Shown one piece after another: positions 43,773 to 56,610 of a stretch of DNA of 64,000 nucleotides (position 1 is its first letter; every line of letters begins with the position of its first letter). This DNA comes from Eledone cirrhosa (lineage: Eukaryota): contig OZ024740.1 in the NCBI GenBank assembly GCA_964016885.1, positions 373,798,001 through 373,862,000 on the forward strand. Reading direction: 5' to 3'. Made by a program: the position numbers and the translations under genes. Below the pieces are notes generated by a model. The model worked only from the letters and a program-made list of their open reading frames with translations, made no database searches and had not been told where the DNA came from.

Positions 43773-46700
43773 AATGATCTCATTTATTAACCACAAGGGC
43801 CGACATGTAGGGGACAATTCAAAGACAAGGACAGTGGGGGTTTACAATAAGGTCGAGTAAAAGTGCACAATGGCAAGACTAATTTAACAATGAAGATATA
43901 CAAATATAAAATAAACTATGCACAAATACAACAAAATAAATTACCCGATACGGCTGGACGACCCTGGGGTGACTCGGGTACCCCACCAATCCTAACCAGC
44001 CTGCGCTTCTAGGGCACCCAGGGAGAGCACGCCTCTCCTCAAGTTAGCTAGCCTATAGGCGCATGGTCAGAGTAGGCCCATTCACACGAGCCATTCTCGC
44101 CACATTCATCCACCTCTTAGCAAATGTACTGGGGGGCACCACTTCTCTCTCCATCCTCACCTTCCTTTCCAGGTGAAACATGAAGAAGTTGATGAGGGAT
44201 TGGCCGAATAGAAAGTGTCTGTCTTCAGTCCTTTTAACCTGGTCCGCCATATAACCTCTTTCACAACAGCCACCAGACAGAGGAAAATGTCCTTATCATC
44301 CTGACCGAAGGAAGGCGGCGGGTCGATCTTCACTATGGACTCGGCCGATAGCCAGATTCGTTCCATAGCGACAGTAGCTGTTCGACATAACTCCACAAGA
44401 GAGTAATGCACGGACATTGGACAAGTGCGTGCAGAACGATTTCGTCGTTCTGTGCGCATCTTGGGCAGCTCCATCTGACAGAATTCCTTGCCTGTAGAGT
44501 TTATCCCGAACCGTCAGTGCCCCCTTAATCCACTATAGAACTCGCATCGCTCACTTGGTAGAGGGCAGTGAGTGCCTGGCAATATTCCAGGTGCCAGTCA
44601 CCCAGTCTCGGTCTCGTCTTGACCCAGGACTGCAGCTCAGTCAAAGAAATGAGCTGCAGGAAGGCCCATCTGATAAACGGCGACCACACCTGATCACCGT
44701 TGAGGCAGAATATCTGGAGATGTCGCAGCCTCAATGCATGTCTGCGCATCATTAGCCACGGCACGCCCAGCAACCGCGTAGAGGGTGCTGGCAGCAGATG
44801 GACCGCCTCACCAACGTAACTTGTCCCCTCTACAATAATTTGAAGAGTAGCCGTTCCAACTTGACGAGGCGCGGCGGGGGCAAGGCACGACGTTCAGGCG
44901 GTAGTATATGACGGACGCAATGTACGCATTCGCCACCTTCGCGCGACCTTTCAATGATAGCTTCCTCCCAGGCCATTTTTGGGTGCGACGGGCTACTCTG
45001 CTCGTCACCTCGTCCCAATTCTTTTCCACCTGGAGGTCTCGTCCGAACCAAACCCCGAGCAACTTTACGGGTAGTCCGTCCAGTGCCCCACGACGCTGTT
45101 GGACGCATGTGCTTGCCTCTCCAGGTTCAGCGCTGCAAGCCCACCAAATTTTCTGGGTTAAGTTTGGCTCCTGTCAAACTTTCATATTCCTTCAATAAGA
45201 TGCCGACCACCTCGATTTCTGAGGTGTTTGACACCATCACCGTGATGTCATCCGCATAAGCCGACACTGCCTTTCCACGTCCCAGTTCGAGCGGGATGCC
45301 CTGCAAGAGCTCCAGCTTCCGCAGTAAAGGCTCGAGAGTCAATACGTACAGAAGTGAAGAGAGAGGGCACTCTACGGACCGATCGGGAGAGGCGAAATGG
45401 TTCCGAGAGGTGGCCATTGACCTTGACCACCGAGCGTGTGCCGCTGTGCATTGCAGCGATCCAGCTTCTGAAGACAGGTCCGAAACGAGCTGCTTGAGGA
45501 CAAACTCCAGATACAGATGGTCGACCCTATCGAATGCTTTCGATTGATCTAAGTTGATCAGTGCCCCACCGAAGCCAGGTTAACACCCTACCCTCTCTGT
45601 GATGTATCGAATGAGGTGGAGTTGTCGTGTATGGACCTGGTTGGGATTGCGCAAGTTTGCGCCTCCCCAACCAAATCCACGACGACAAGCGCCAATGTAT
45701 TTGCTAACACCTTGGCCAAATCTTAAAAACTTAAACTGTTCAGCAGACTTAAGGGCCTGAAGTTGTCTAATATATTCCTCTTGTTCTCGGCGTTTTCCTT
45801 ATCAGCGTCACCACTCCCCTGCTCACATAACTGGGAATACTCCCATTCTGCTGCCAGTTGCAGTAGAGTGCTTCGAGGGGATTGGAAACAAGTCTGGCAT
45901 ATTTACGTAAAGCTCGTAGGGCAGGCCATCCTAACCGCGTGACTTGCGTCTCATGCAGCCGACAAGAGCATCCTAAACTAATCGGCATTTCGCAGCGCTC
46001 AGCGTCGACCGTCGAGATGCGCGGCAAGCCGTCACGGTAGGGGCGGAAATCCGCTATTCTCTCTGACTCGCCACTCTCCCCGAACAACCGAGCAAGTGCT
46101 GGCGAAAGGCCTCATACATCCGCTTGGAATCGCTTATCTCGTGTCTGTCTTGGTTCGCCAAAGACAGAATTGTGGTTTTATTACCACGCTGCACCTCCGC
46201 CACACGGGCCCATCGAACAGCATTGGTTCCCTCGTTTCTCAGCGCACGCGCCTTAGCTCTGACAATGCAAGCTTCGTGTTTCGCATTGAAGAAATGGTCT
46301 AATGCCATTCCCGCCGCTAGCACGTCAGTTGCAATGCCACTACAAATAGCCTCGTCTAACTTATCTACCATCTCCCCGTCCTTTCTATTTTTCTCTAATG
46401 CTAGTTCTTTGCTGAATTCTATCGAAGTTACTCTAATCTCTCTTTTGAGAGCCCCCCTCCATCTGTTGTTGATGATACCCGCTGACAACTTGTGCCTACT
46501 AAATTGTTGACTCGGTCCCTGTAAGCTTTACGTGCCGGAAATGACATGTTCAGATTCCAGTAACCCAGTCCTAACCTACGCGTTTTATCTAGGTCGACCG
46601 TACAGGTCACAAATTTGTGATCTGAATAGGCGAGCGTTTTAAAAAGTGGAAAGCGTACACTATTTCTATCTATTTTCCTAATGAAGATCCTGTCTATATC

Positions 46701-49153
46701 CGATCTAGATTACCCCATTTGGTTGGTCCATGTCCATACTGGCACATTGGGGAAATCTAGTCGATACCTGTCAGGCTGTTGGAGCTGGCTGAGTAGGTGC
46801 TTGAGGCTTTTGCTCCCCCCGCTCCTATCGGTTACTCCCACACAATCCCAGCGTGCGTCTAAGATGCCATTCCAGTCCCCCGCTAACAGTAAAGGGCGAG
46901 ACGTACACAGAAAGGTCTCCAGGCGCCTAAAGAAGTCCGGTCGTCCAGCCCATTTAGCGGCGTAGACGGCCAGCAGTCTAAAGGCACAACCTTGGCTAAT
47001 GCTCACATCCAAGACCACCAACTTACTGTCCGGGTCCCGGAAGGTCGACCATACCTCAAGATCAAGTCCTTTCCTAAACAACACTGCACCCCCCTCCCCA
47101 TTCCCGGCCTGCTAACAGATGCGAAGATCTGATAGTCGTCGAAAATGGAGGCTAGTGCGCGCGTGTCGGAAATTCTGGTCACGCTGACGGCAATCACATC
47201 CATGTCCAGGGCTTGAGGTCGTCGAGCAGGCGACCCTGCTTCCAGGGTGACCCCAGGCCGCGAACAATTAAACTTCCTACTCTTAATATGGCCATGTTGG
47301 TGAGCTAAGAGAGAGAGGGAAGGTTTACCTACCTCCGGGGTCTTTTGAAGGAAGGGTGGTTCGACCTCCATGGTTGGTAGTGTTTCTTTTGGGAACCCCT
47401 TTAAAATTCTCGATGTGTGTTTCACATTCGGGGTTCCCACGTCTTCAGGAAAGCTCTCTCAAATTTCTTTGAGTGACATTCGGACCAGAAGCAAATCTTC
47501 AGGCACGCAAAATGTGCTCATTTCAAAAATCTCCCTTGTTTTCTCTGTTTTTTTGCACTTTTGGGATTTCCTTCATCTTCGCTGCTGGAAGACAAAGGGT
47601 CTGTGGCTGTGAGTGTCTCTGTGTCTGTGTGTGCGTATATTGTTTTGTCTATGTGTATAATTGTGGTGGTGGTGGGGGGGGGGGGGGGGGGGTGATGAGC
47701 TTTCTTCGTTTTCCCCTTGGATTGGTTTTGGTGTTGGTGGTGATCCCGCTGTTTTTTATGTTGGTGTCTGTGTCTTTGTTGTGTTGTTTTTGGTGGTGGT
47801 GGTGGTGGTGGTGGTGGTGGTGGTGCAGCTTTCCGTGCTGATACTGGCGTTGGCGACAAAGGAGGTTTGCGACCACCTGCATTTTTGTGCTGAGGGCAGA
47901 AGTCTTGCAGATGTCTTGCTTCCCCGCAGACGAAGCAGCGTGGCCTTCTTCCGTCAGTGATTATTTAGATTGCTGTCCCGTTCTGTAGGCGGGCAAAATC
48001 TGGGATGTTGTTCATGTCCTCCGGTTTCATTTGGAGAAGAATCACCAAATCCATTCCGGACCAGTCCTCTCTCTCTGTCCTTTTGATATCCAGGAGGGTA
48101 GTGTCTGTCCCCTCCTCGATTACGTATCCCAGCAGCCAATATATTCATTCCTGGTGGGATGCTGGGAATGCGGACCTTTGCTGTCCTTTTACCCATGTAG
48201 GACGGGTGCATGATAATGCGTTCCGTTCTGCAGGGGGTCACCGAGTGCTTAATAGCAAGGGCCTCGGTTTTGAACAGTACCGAGATGGTACCGAACTGTT
48301 TGCCTCTTGCTTTATACTATATGTTACTTCCGATGTACTCCAAAGCAGCCTCGACCTCTGTTTGCTGGCAAGTTCCACTTTTCGTGTCTGCACCGAAATG
48401 CATCGAAAGTACATCGTCCTCCTTTTGCATGGCTGTACTTGCCTCGTCCAGGATGGTCAGGTTTGCCCAGGACTTTCCCGTTTAATTAGCCTCCACGCCT
48501 CGGCCAACTGTTCGTCTTTATCGCTAATATCAATATCCAATAAGCGCATTGTTTTTGCTGCTGCTGCTGTTTTTGAAAATGTGGTGCTTTTGTTGGTTTT
48601 GTCATTCTTGCTGTTGTTATTGGTGTTGTTGTTGTTGTTTTGTTTGTTGTTGCTGTTGCCACCGCCATCCGTGCTTACATTAAAGCTGTCGGTGTTATTG
48701 TCGTTATTGCTCTGAGTTGTTGTTGTTGTTGTTGTGGTGGTGGTGGTGATGTCGTTTTCAGTGGATACTCCTGCTAACACAGAAGGTTGTGATTGATCTT
48801 TTGAGTTTTGCCTTCACATTCAGTAGAGTGGACGACAGGCATGTCTGCAGCAGTCGTAGTCGTGGTGAAATCTACAGTGGCTGCTTTAACGTTGTTTACC
48901 GCTTCAAGGTCGGAAATTTCCATTCTTTTTTGGGGGGGTTGAGGAAGCGATTTGTTTCGAAGTTTTTAAAAATAAATCTGAATATTCGGGCTTAAAGTCC
49001 GAATATTGAGAGGTATGTCTTTGTTGAAACCAAGATGTGTACCTTATGTTTCGTTAACGACAAAAAAATACCAAAAATGATACTTTAAAACAGCTTAAAA
49101 TTACGAACATTTTCCCCCGCAGATTTGTACTGTCTTCACACATGTACGTCCAT
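43773..49153 (-). mobile_element. Second near full-length L1/Tx1-clade LINE (same family as 2571-8514) with internal deletions
   Basis: Colinear high identity with 2571-8514 including both termini; LLAGDWNGILD, SAYADDITV; (AAT)n at both ends. Confidence 0.95.
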
Positions 49154-49167
49154 AATAATAATAATAA

Positions 49168-50214
49168 TAATTGTTTCTACTTTTGGCACACGGCCTGCAA
49201 ATTACCCAGCGCATTACTGCTACTTTATTTTAGAGACCCCGTAAGGATGAACGGCAAAGTTAACCTCGGCGGGATTTGAACTCAGAATGGCAAGGGCCAT
49301 TACTCTATGCGTCAAAGCATAACGTCCAACCCTCTATCGATACTGCCAATAATAATTGTTTCTACTTTAGGCACAAGACCAGCAATTACCCAGTGTATTA
49401 TTGGTACTTTATTTTATTGACCCCGTCAGGATGAAAGGCAAATTAACCTCGGTGGAATTTGAACTCAGATCGTAAAGGGACGTAACTATGCTGGAAAGCA
49501 TGGCGTGCGACCCTCTACCGATACTGCCAATCCACCGATACTGACAATAATAATTGTTTCTACTTTAAACGCAAGGTCAGCAATTAACCAGTACATTACT
49601 GGTACTTTACTTTATCGACCCCGTAAGTATCAAAGGCAAAGTTAACCTCGGTGGGATTTGAACTCAGACTGTAAAGGGACTTAACTATGCTAGAAAGCAT
49701 GGCGTCCGGCTCTCTACCGATACTGCTAATAATAATTATTTCTACTTTTGGCACAAGGCCAGCAATTAAATCAGTGCATTACTGGTACTTTATTTTATCG
49801 ACCCCGTAAGGATGAAAGGCAAAGTTAACCCTGGCGGGATTTGAACACCGACCATTAACGGCCGTAACTCTTTGCAGCAAAGCATGGCGTCCGACTCTCT
49901 ACCGATAATAATAATTGTTTCTACTTTAGGCACAAGGCCAGCAATTACCAGTGCATTACTGGTACTTTATTTTATCGACCCCGTAAGGATGAAAGGCAAA
50001 GTCATGATTGTTTATTATATGGGCACAGGCCAGCGATTTTCGGGGAGGGGAAAATCGATTAAATCCACCCCAGTACGTTACTGGTACTTTATTTTCTCGA
50101 TCTCGTAAGGATGAAAGGCAAAGTTAACCTCGGCGGAATTTGAACTCAGATCATAAAGGGAGGTAACTCTATGATTCAAAGCATGGCGTGCGACCCTCTA
50201 CCGATACTGCCAAT
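49168..50214 (-). mobile_element. Tandem array of ~6 SINE units (mostly ~180-200 bp, one truncated)
   Basis: Units start at ~49168, 49351, 49551, 49733, 49912 and 50006, typically aatt.tttctacttt.ggcacaaggccagcaatt...ccccgtaaggatgaaaggcaaagttaacctcgg...gatactgccaat. Confidence 0.92.
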
Positions 50215-50227
50215 TCACTGAATACTG

Positions 50228-50722
50228 TGGAGAGTTAGAGGACACTATGGTTGACATTGTATCCGGTGTAAACACCTCGCCCAGACTCACTATAAAGGCT
50301 GGAGACATGATATGATGGGAAAGGTGATTCACTGGCATATATGCAAACTAAACAATTTACCAAATTCTGAGAAGTGGTGTGAGCATAATCCAGAGCATAG
50401 TCGGCGATAGAAAACAAACAACTGAAGCTGCTATGGGACTTTAGGATACAGACGGACAAGAAATTAGATGACAATAGGCCTGACCTGGTGGTTTTTGACA
50501 AGGAAAAGGATCGTGTCTGATTGTAGATGTAGCCTGCCCATTTGAGACGAGAGTACAAGAAAAGGAGAGGGAGAGAATTAACCGATACCAGGATTTAAAG
50601 TGGGAGTCAAAACGGATATGGAGATGTCATGAGATCAAGGTTGTCCCGATTGTTATAGGAGAACCTTGTACTATATCAAAGAGTTTCCAAGAGTAGTTAA
50701 AAAAGATTAGTCCAGCCCCGTT
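50228..50722 (+). mobile_element. R4/Dong LINE 3' fragment (endonuclease region)
   Basis: Matches 35905-36380 (ggctggagacatgat...aataggcctgacctggtgg). Confidence 0.9.
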
Positions 50723-51480
50723 TTTTTGTTATTCTTTGCTATATTCTGAGATTTGCTTTCGGTTGTCGAGTAAGAAAGTTTAATCGTGTGTTGATTAAAA
50801 GTTTGACTGTATTTTGTCATTTAAGAAAACATTTACCTGCGTTAAAAAAAGCCTACCTATGCTATTTGTAGTCTTAACAATGGTGTGGTTGTACCACAGA
50901 ACGGAATGGGATCTAACCCTCTTATTTACCTGTATGGTGGTATTTAACTTATATCAATTTGGAGCCTAGTTTGTCCCGTCTCTATTGTTTTGGATTCGAG
51001 TACCCCTATTATTTCCATTACCCTTCATTGTGTGTATGCTAGGGTTCATGTCTATGATTTATTGGTGTCTATGAGAGGGTGTATAGTTGTTTCTATCTAT
51101 ATGCAAGTACTCAATTATGTACTGGTAAACTGCTCTACCTAATGTATTAATATAGTAGCTAGCCTTGCCATCGAATATTTCGCTGTTAGTTGATCGTCAT
51201 GAGATTCTCTGTTCTACACATTTGACTATGGCCTTCTTAACGTTTCTAGGGTGGTTTGAGAAGTAGCTAACATAATTGAGGTGTTCATGTAATTTATGGT
51301 ATACGTAGTACAGTCCAGAATTAAGGTTTAGCGATAAATCGAGGAAGTTGGCTTTTCCACTGTTATTTCTTATTTCTAGCTTAAGACCGTAAATGTTATA
51401 AACAGTCCATTATTATTTTCTTTTTCCTATTTAGGGTACTATTGTTGTGGTCAATTAAAGGGAAAAAAGCGTCATTGTGG
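50722..51480 (-). mobile_element. Penelope-like element remnant 1 (RT C-terminal/thumb region)
   Basis: Manual translation: GLKLEIRNNSGKANFLDLSLNLNSGLYYVYHK...YVSYFSNHPRNVKKAI...RIS..STNSEIF...VLWYN...FNQHTIKLSYS, matching PLE NFLD/SNHP/IWFNPP/FNRNTVKVSYS motifs. Confidence 0.75.
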
Positions 51481-51539
51481 TGCAAATCTCCGCCAAATTC
51501 CTACATCCTTCTTTTTAATGAATAAACCAGCATTCTCCC

Positions 51540-52560
51540 TTGTCTAGTGGTTTCTGTACTCCCTGCAACCCATGTTGTCAAAGGGAAAGGCAATGTCCCA
51601 TATAACTTGGCATCAGGGTCTTCGCAACTCACTTTAATATTTTGAACGGCATTTAAGTGTGAGTGCATGGATGAAGGAGGGTAGTAGATGGGGTCTGAAA
51701 GACAGATCCGTGGAGAAGGGAAATGCTTAATGCTATGGGTGGTAGAGGTGTGAAGAAAAAAATAAGCCTCTGTCCAGACAGATGGCTCGTGTCACGGGCT
51801 CTGTTGCAAAAAGCGAGCAGCCAAATTATGAGTGGACGCGAGGAATTATCGACAGAGCCGAAATGTTGAAGTGCGACAAAAAAAAAGAAGACTCTAACAT
51901 GAATGAGACAGCCTTTAGGCCCGTTGAGTGTGATAGTGAGGATTATAAAGCTGCATATGTAACAGGGAAAGGATCCAGGGAAGGTGTTAGAATGAGGGAT
52001 AGATCTGAGAACTAGACAGTTGCATGCTCGTTTAAAAGAGGGGATGCATGTAATGTGGAATATGGAAACCATGGATGGATCTAACGGAGGTTGTGGAAGT
52101 GTCGGAGGATCGTACACCGGAGAGACCGGATAGAAGGATGGTAGCTGAAGTGTATTGGTCGCCGTTTGGTGGTGGGGTAGCGTTGTGTAAGGGAAGAGAT
52201 GCGGTCGACTCCACAGGCACAGTTGATGGCGTGTTGTATCGGGCAGGTTGTATCCTCGTCGAGGGAGGTATGTAGCCATGTAATAAGCATGAACCTCCAT
52301 GTCATGGGTTCCACTTCACAGACGGTGGAGACGAAGGAATAGGGAGTTGTGGATGGCGTGTATTGTGTGGCTGGGATGGTTGGAGATGAGGTCGAGATAG
52401 GTATAGAGTCGGTAGGATTAAGCAGGCCAGATTTTATGAGGATATCCAGGAAGTGGACGGAAGTGGTAAATTGAAGGTCGGGGAGGAAGGAACTAAAGAA
52501 AGATAAGTGGAGCGCTACTCAGATGGGTGATGTGGCACACATGCACTCTTGGATGTACAA
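51540..52560 (-). mobile_element. Penelope-like element remnant 2 (RT thumb plus Cys-rich linker toward GIY-YIG; Neptune-like)
   Basis: Manual translation: SVHFLDI...PTD.YTYLDLISNHPSHTIHAIHNSLFLRLHRL; ORF 51653-52300 has SFKRACN.LVLRS...PGSFPCYICSFI...GPKG. Confidence 0.75.
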
Positions 52561-52984
52561 TAATAATATATATGTAGATGGCCTACAGCATACTCACCCC
52601 GACATAACACACTGGCTATAACGTCGAGGCCAGGAATAACGCTATAACAGAGCTGCATGACATTCTGTAATACCATAAAACACAAATCCTATTGCTGCAG
52701 CGTCAAATGGTCGAGAATGCGGGGCATATATCCTTCCTGACATCAGACATTCCATCTTTCTCACGAAGATCATATGCCCACTAATCAAAATGTTCCCGAT
52801 GTCTATGACAGTACGATATACATGCGCAACAGAATCAATGACGGAAACATCACCTCTAATATGGTGGGATGCATGATACTTATAATGGATGTAACGATAT
52901 TAGATCCATCTCTCGATAGAAGCGGTGTAAGTATGCCATATACAACATACATTTTATTTGTAATATTATTTTGTTAACTCAGTT

Positions 52985-53345
52985 CTATATGATGCTATTT
53001 ATTACGAGAATGGGCGCTGTGTTAATCAAAGACAATCCAATACAGTATCGGAATGAGGGAGGCAAGTGTAAAAGCCAAGATCGCTATCTTCAATTCGGTA
53101 TTCGTACCAATCCTTGCCTGTGGCCATGAACATTGGGTATGACCGAACGAATACGTTCAGGAATACAAGCGGCCGAGAGGGAATTACTCCGAACGGTCTT
53201 TGGAGTATTATTACTAGATAAAGTGGGTAGCTCGGAGATCAGAGAATAACTCAAAGAAGAGCTGCTACTTCTAGAAATTGAGAATTCACAGCTCCGATAT
53301 TATGGACATGTGGTAAGAGGGAGGTTTGCTGGTCACACTTGGAGA
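52985..53345 (+). mobile_element. RTE-clade LINE 3' fragment
   Basis: MTERIRSGIQAAERELLR..FGVLLLDKVGSSEIRE...LLLLEIENSQLRYYGHVVR. Confidence 0.85.
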
Positions 53346-54015
53346 TCCAGCTGGATGAGTTGGAGACATTTGCTACTCAAAGGACCCATTAGAAGGTGTT
53401 TTTGAGGGTTATGACCCCACGGGCCTTTCAGGAATAAATGTACGAAGAAGAAGAACTATAGAACAACATCACCCACCATTTTATATGTAACAACAGTAAA
53501 GATGAATTATTTGTTCAAACGGCACCAGCACATGTACATGAAACTATATGGTAAAGTGTTTTAAATTCTGATGGTTTAGGAAACATAATTTCAGCCAGTA
53601 TAGTAGTTACCGTAATGACTATTTTATTACATCTAATTTTAAACAATTGATTCAATATTATACTTAATCACACATTGCATTGATTCAAGTCGTAAACGTG
53701 TGGTAATTCCTGACATGATGTTTGTGTTTTAAATACATTCGGCGATCATTAACACAATGATCTGTTATGTAGACAGAGGTCCTGGCACTATACGCAGTTC
53801 GTTTAAACATACTGTATAATTATCATGAATTTTATTGATCCTCACTTATATATGATGGAAGCTAACCGGTTGAAAAATCAAAAGACAAACTGTAGCTTAC
53901 GGCATTGAATTACTGGAGAATGTAAATACGATTGTTGTATATTAAAAAGTTAGTAGTTTTATCCTTTAAAACATTTTATTGAATGGGTAGATATATACAC
54001 ACACGCACACACACG

Positions 54016-54051
<36 letters not shown>

Positions 54052-54329
54052 CATGTTTTCGCGCCGAGAAAAGTTATACGCAAAGTGTTTTAGAGGAAAA
54101 CCAGCACACCCCTATGCATGCAAGTCTCGTGAAATAAAAAGTGTTACTCAAAACCACAACCGTTATTCGGCCTCACACCAATACGGTTGTGAACTGAACG
54201 CTCTAACCACTAAGTCATGTGCTATTGTGTATATATATATATATATATCAGGTAAATAGAAGTAATAACACATTCAGTACAGTATATCGAAGGAATATAT
54301 TAGGTTAGTTTGAAATAGCAGGAAGAGAG

Positions 54330-54365
54330 TCTTAATATTTTGGACAGTAGTCCTTCATCAGAAGA
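54330..54365 (-). ncRNA. Minimal type I hammerhead motif, G12 mutated
   Basis: tctt-CTGATGA-a-ggac-tact-gtcc-aAAA-tatt-aaga; palindromic AATATT stem III region. Confidence 0.55.
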
Positions 54366-55110
54366 AAGAATGAGAAATTATAAAACTTTAAGGGACAGGC
54401 GGGTGGTTAGTGGTCCATTCATGTTGCCATCTCTTGGAAATCTCTCTCTATATATATTTCCTGTAGAAAATAATGGCATTATGTTAATAAAAGTGTGCAG
54501 TGAAGAATTATACATTACTGCACATGCGTAGCTTTTAGTGAACCTGCTAGATCAATTTACATTTCGCAAATGGTGTGGCTGTGCGGATAACGCGCGGAAA
54601 TTAAAGGTCAAATAACACAGCTGAATAAAGCCTGTCAAGAACTGAGATAAATAAAGGTGTCTCTCATTGTTTTCATCGAATATTAAAGCATTGTACATAG
54701 AATATACGCAACATAAGAATATAAAATTCTCGAATTCAGTTAAAACGAAATGCGATTAGCAACTCCTTGCCTCGTTCATTTCAGCTTATCGAATCTTTCT
54801 TAGCAAAGGAAAGGTTCACCATCCAACATATGGTGCCATACGTACTGGATAGGAGTTCATGTTTTTTTTACTAATCGATCGGGCAACATTCTACAACTGA
54901 CGTGAAAGACATTTAGGACGATAATTCAAGATCTGCGTAGAATAGTTGAAAAAGAGTTGGACTAAGAATGTAAAGGCTTTTCAAAGGGAAATTGCAATTG
55001 GACGCCAGCAAGTTCGTATATATATATATATATATATATAATCAAGGTTTAGCAAATAAGATAAAGTTTCAAAATAAATTTTTAAAAATTAACTGTACTT
55101 ACTATGGTTA

Positions 55111-55192
55111 CCTTTACCGAGTCGGTTTCGATTCTCAAAAATAAACGGAGTCCATACCGCCTTCGTTGCAAAGAAAGAATCTCGTCAGAAGG
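55111..55192 (-). ncRNA. Type I hammerhead ribozyme (long loop II)
   Basis: cctt-CTGACGA-gattct...agaatc-GAAA-ccg-act-cg-GTA-aagg. Confidence 0.85.
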
Positions 55193-55577
55193 ATCTTTTC
55201 ATTCGGAGAATATAAAATTCTAGAATTCAAATTACGAACTGGCGCTATTCAAAATTGTTCCCGAGATGAGAGTAAATGAAGTGGAATCAATTTTTTCAAG
55301 GGCCGAGTGTAAAGATAAAGGCAGAGGCAGAGAGGTCAAATGGCTACTGCTATAACTAGCAGCAGTCAGAACGACCAAATTTTTCTCAACATAGAGGAGT
55401 TTAGTAATAATAGGATATGTGTTCCTACACGCACAAGGCGCCAAGGGACACATGTATTGTCCAACCATATGCCAAAAAAATTGATTCCACTTCATTTACT
55501 CTCCTCTCGGGAACAATTTTGAATAGCGCCAGTTCGTAATTTGAATTCGAGAATTTTATATTCTCCAATGAAAAGAT

Positions 55578-55624
55578 CCTTCTGACGAGATTCTTTTTGA
55601 GAATCGAAACCGACTCGGTAAAGG
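55578..55624 (+). ncRNA. Intact type I hammerhead ribozyme
   Basis: cctt-CTGACGA-gattct-ttttg-agaatc-GAAA-ccg-act-cg-GTA-aagg; all core residues and three stems present; predicted cut after 55620. Confidence 0.92.
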
Positions 55625-55804
55625 TAACCATAGTAAGTACAGTTAATTTTAAAAAATTTATTTTGAAACTTTATCTTATTTGCTAAACCTTGATTATATA
55701 TGTTCTAGCTCGTTAATTTATTAACCTGCCATTGAACTACATTGGCATATGGTTGGACAATACATGTGTCCCTTAGCACCTTGTGCGTGTAGGAACACGT
55801 ATCC

Positions 55805-55864
<60 letters not shown>

Positions 55865-55921
55865 CATGTGGTTATTTAAACGTGTATATATATATATACA
55901 TATATTATGTATGTAGTTACA

Positions 55922-55987
<66 letters not shown>

Positions 55988-56150
55988 CCACAATTCCGGT
56001 TTGTATTTATTTTCTTAATTTTTTCTTAAATTGAGACAAGCGAACCCAATTATCTATAGTTAGTATTCTTTTCACCTTAGCGAATCAGGTCCCTTACGAT
56101 TTAAACACATATATGTATATATCTGTTCGTTTTTCTTTTATATTATATTA

Positions 56151-56192
<42 letters not shown>

Positions 56193-56195
<3 letters not shown>

Positions 56196-56514
56196 TATCA
56201 AGGAAACGAAAAATCAGTGATGCATCTGGACTTAATTTATTTCGTGTTACAAATGTTTCGCCGGCATGTAGCTCGAGTCATGGTCCTTGTATGGATCTGG
56301 CTGATTCTACTTCTGCGGGTTCTTTCAGATACGGGTCTTATGTCCGGAACAGATTTTATCACTACATAACACCCGTGTCTGAAAGAACCCGCAGAAGTAG
56401 AATCAGCCAGAACCATACAAAGACCATGACTCGAGCTACATGGCGGCGAAACATTTGTAACACGAAATAAACTAAGTCCAGATGCATCACTGATTTTTCG
56501 TTTTCTTGATAGTA
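56193..56514. mobile_element. Palindromic element (arms 56193-56336 and 56371-56514) with a variant HHR in each arm
   Basis: 144-bp arms; right arm cgtgt-CTGAAAGA...ccgc...gcgg-c-GAAA-c-attt-GTA-acacg at 56374-56464; mirror at 56243-56333 (-). Confidence 0.85.
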
Positions 56515-56610
56515 TCTACACTCTACTCTGATGAATATCGAGTGGTAATTTCGGCATACCGCCTACGGAAGCACCATAGCTACCACTATACACAAATATA
56601 TATATATATA

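Larger units (their letters stand above)
55036..55700. mobile_element. Palindromic HHR-bearing element (arms ~55036-55295 and ~55474-55700)
   Basis: Arms nearly identical apart from a ~35-nt indel in HHR loop II; left end in (TA)n. Confidence 0.9.

Noticed and set aside
49168-50214. Regularly spaced repeats resembling a CRISPR array
   Set aside because: Whole units repeat with no unique spacers, they match dispersed SINEs, the context is eukaryotic and no cas genes are present
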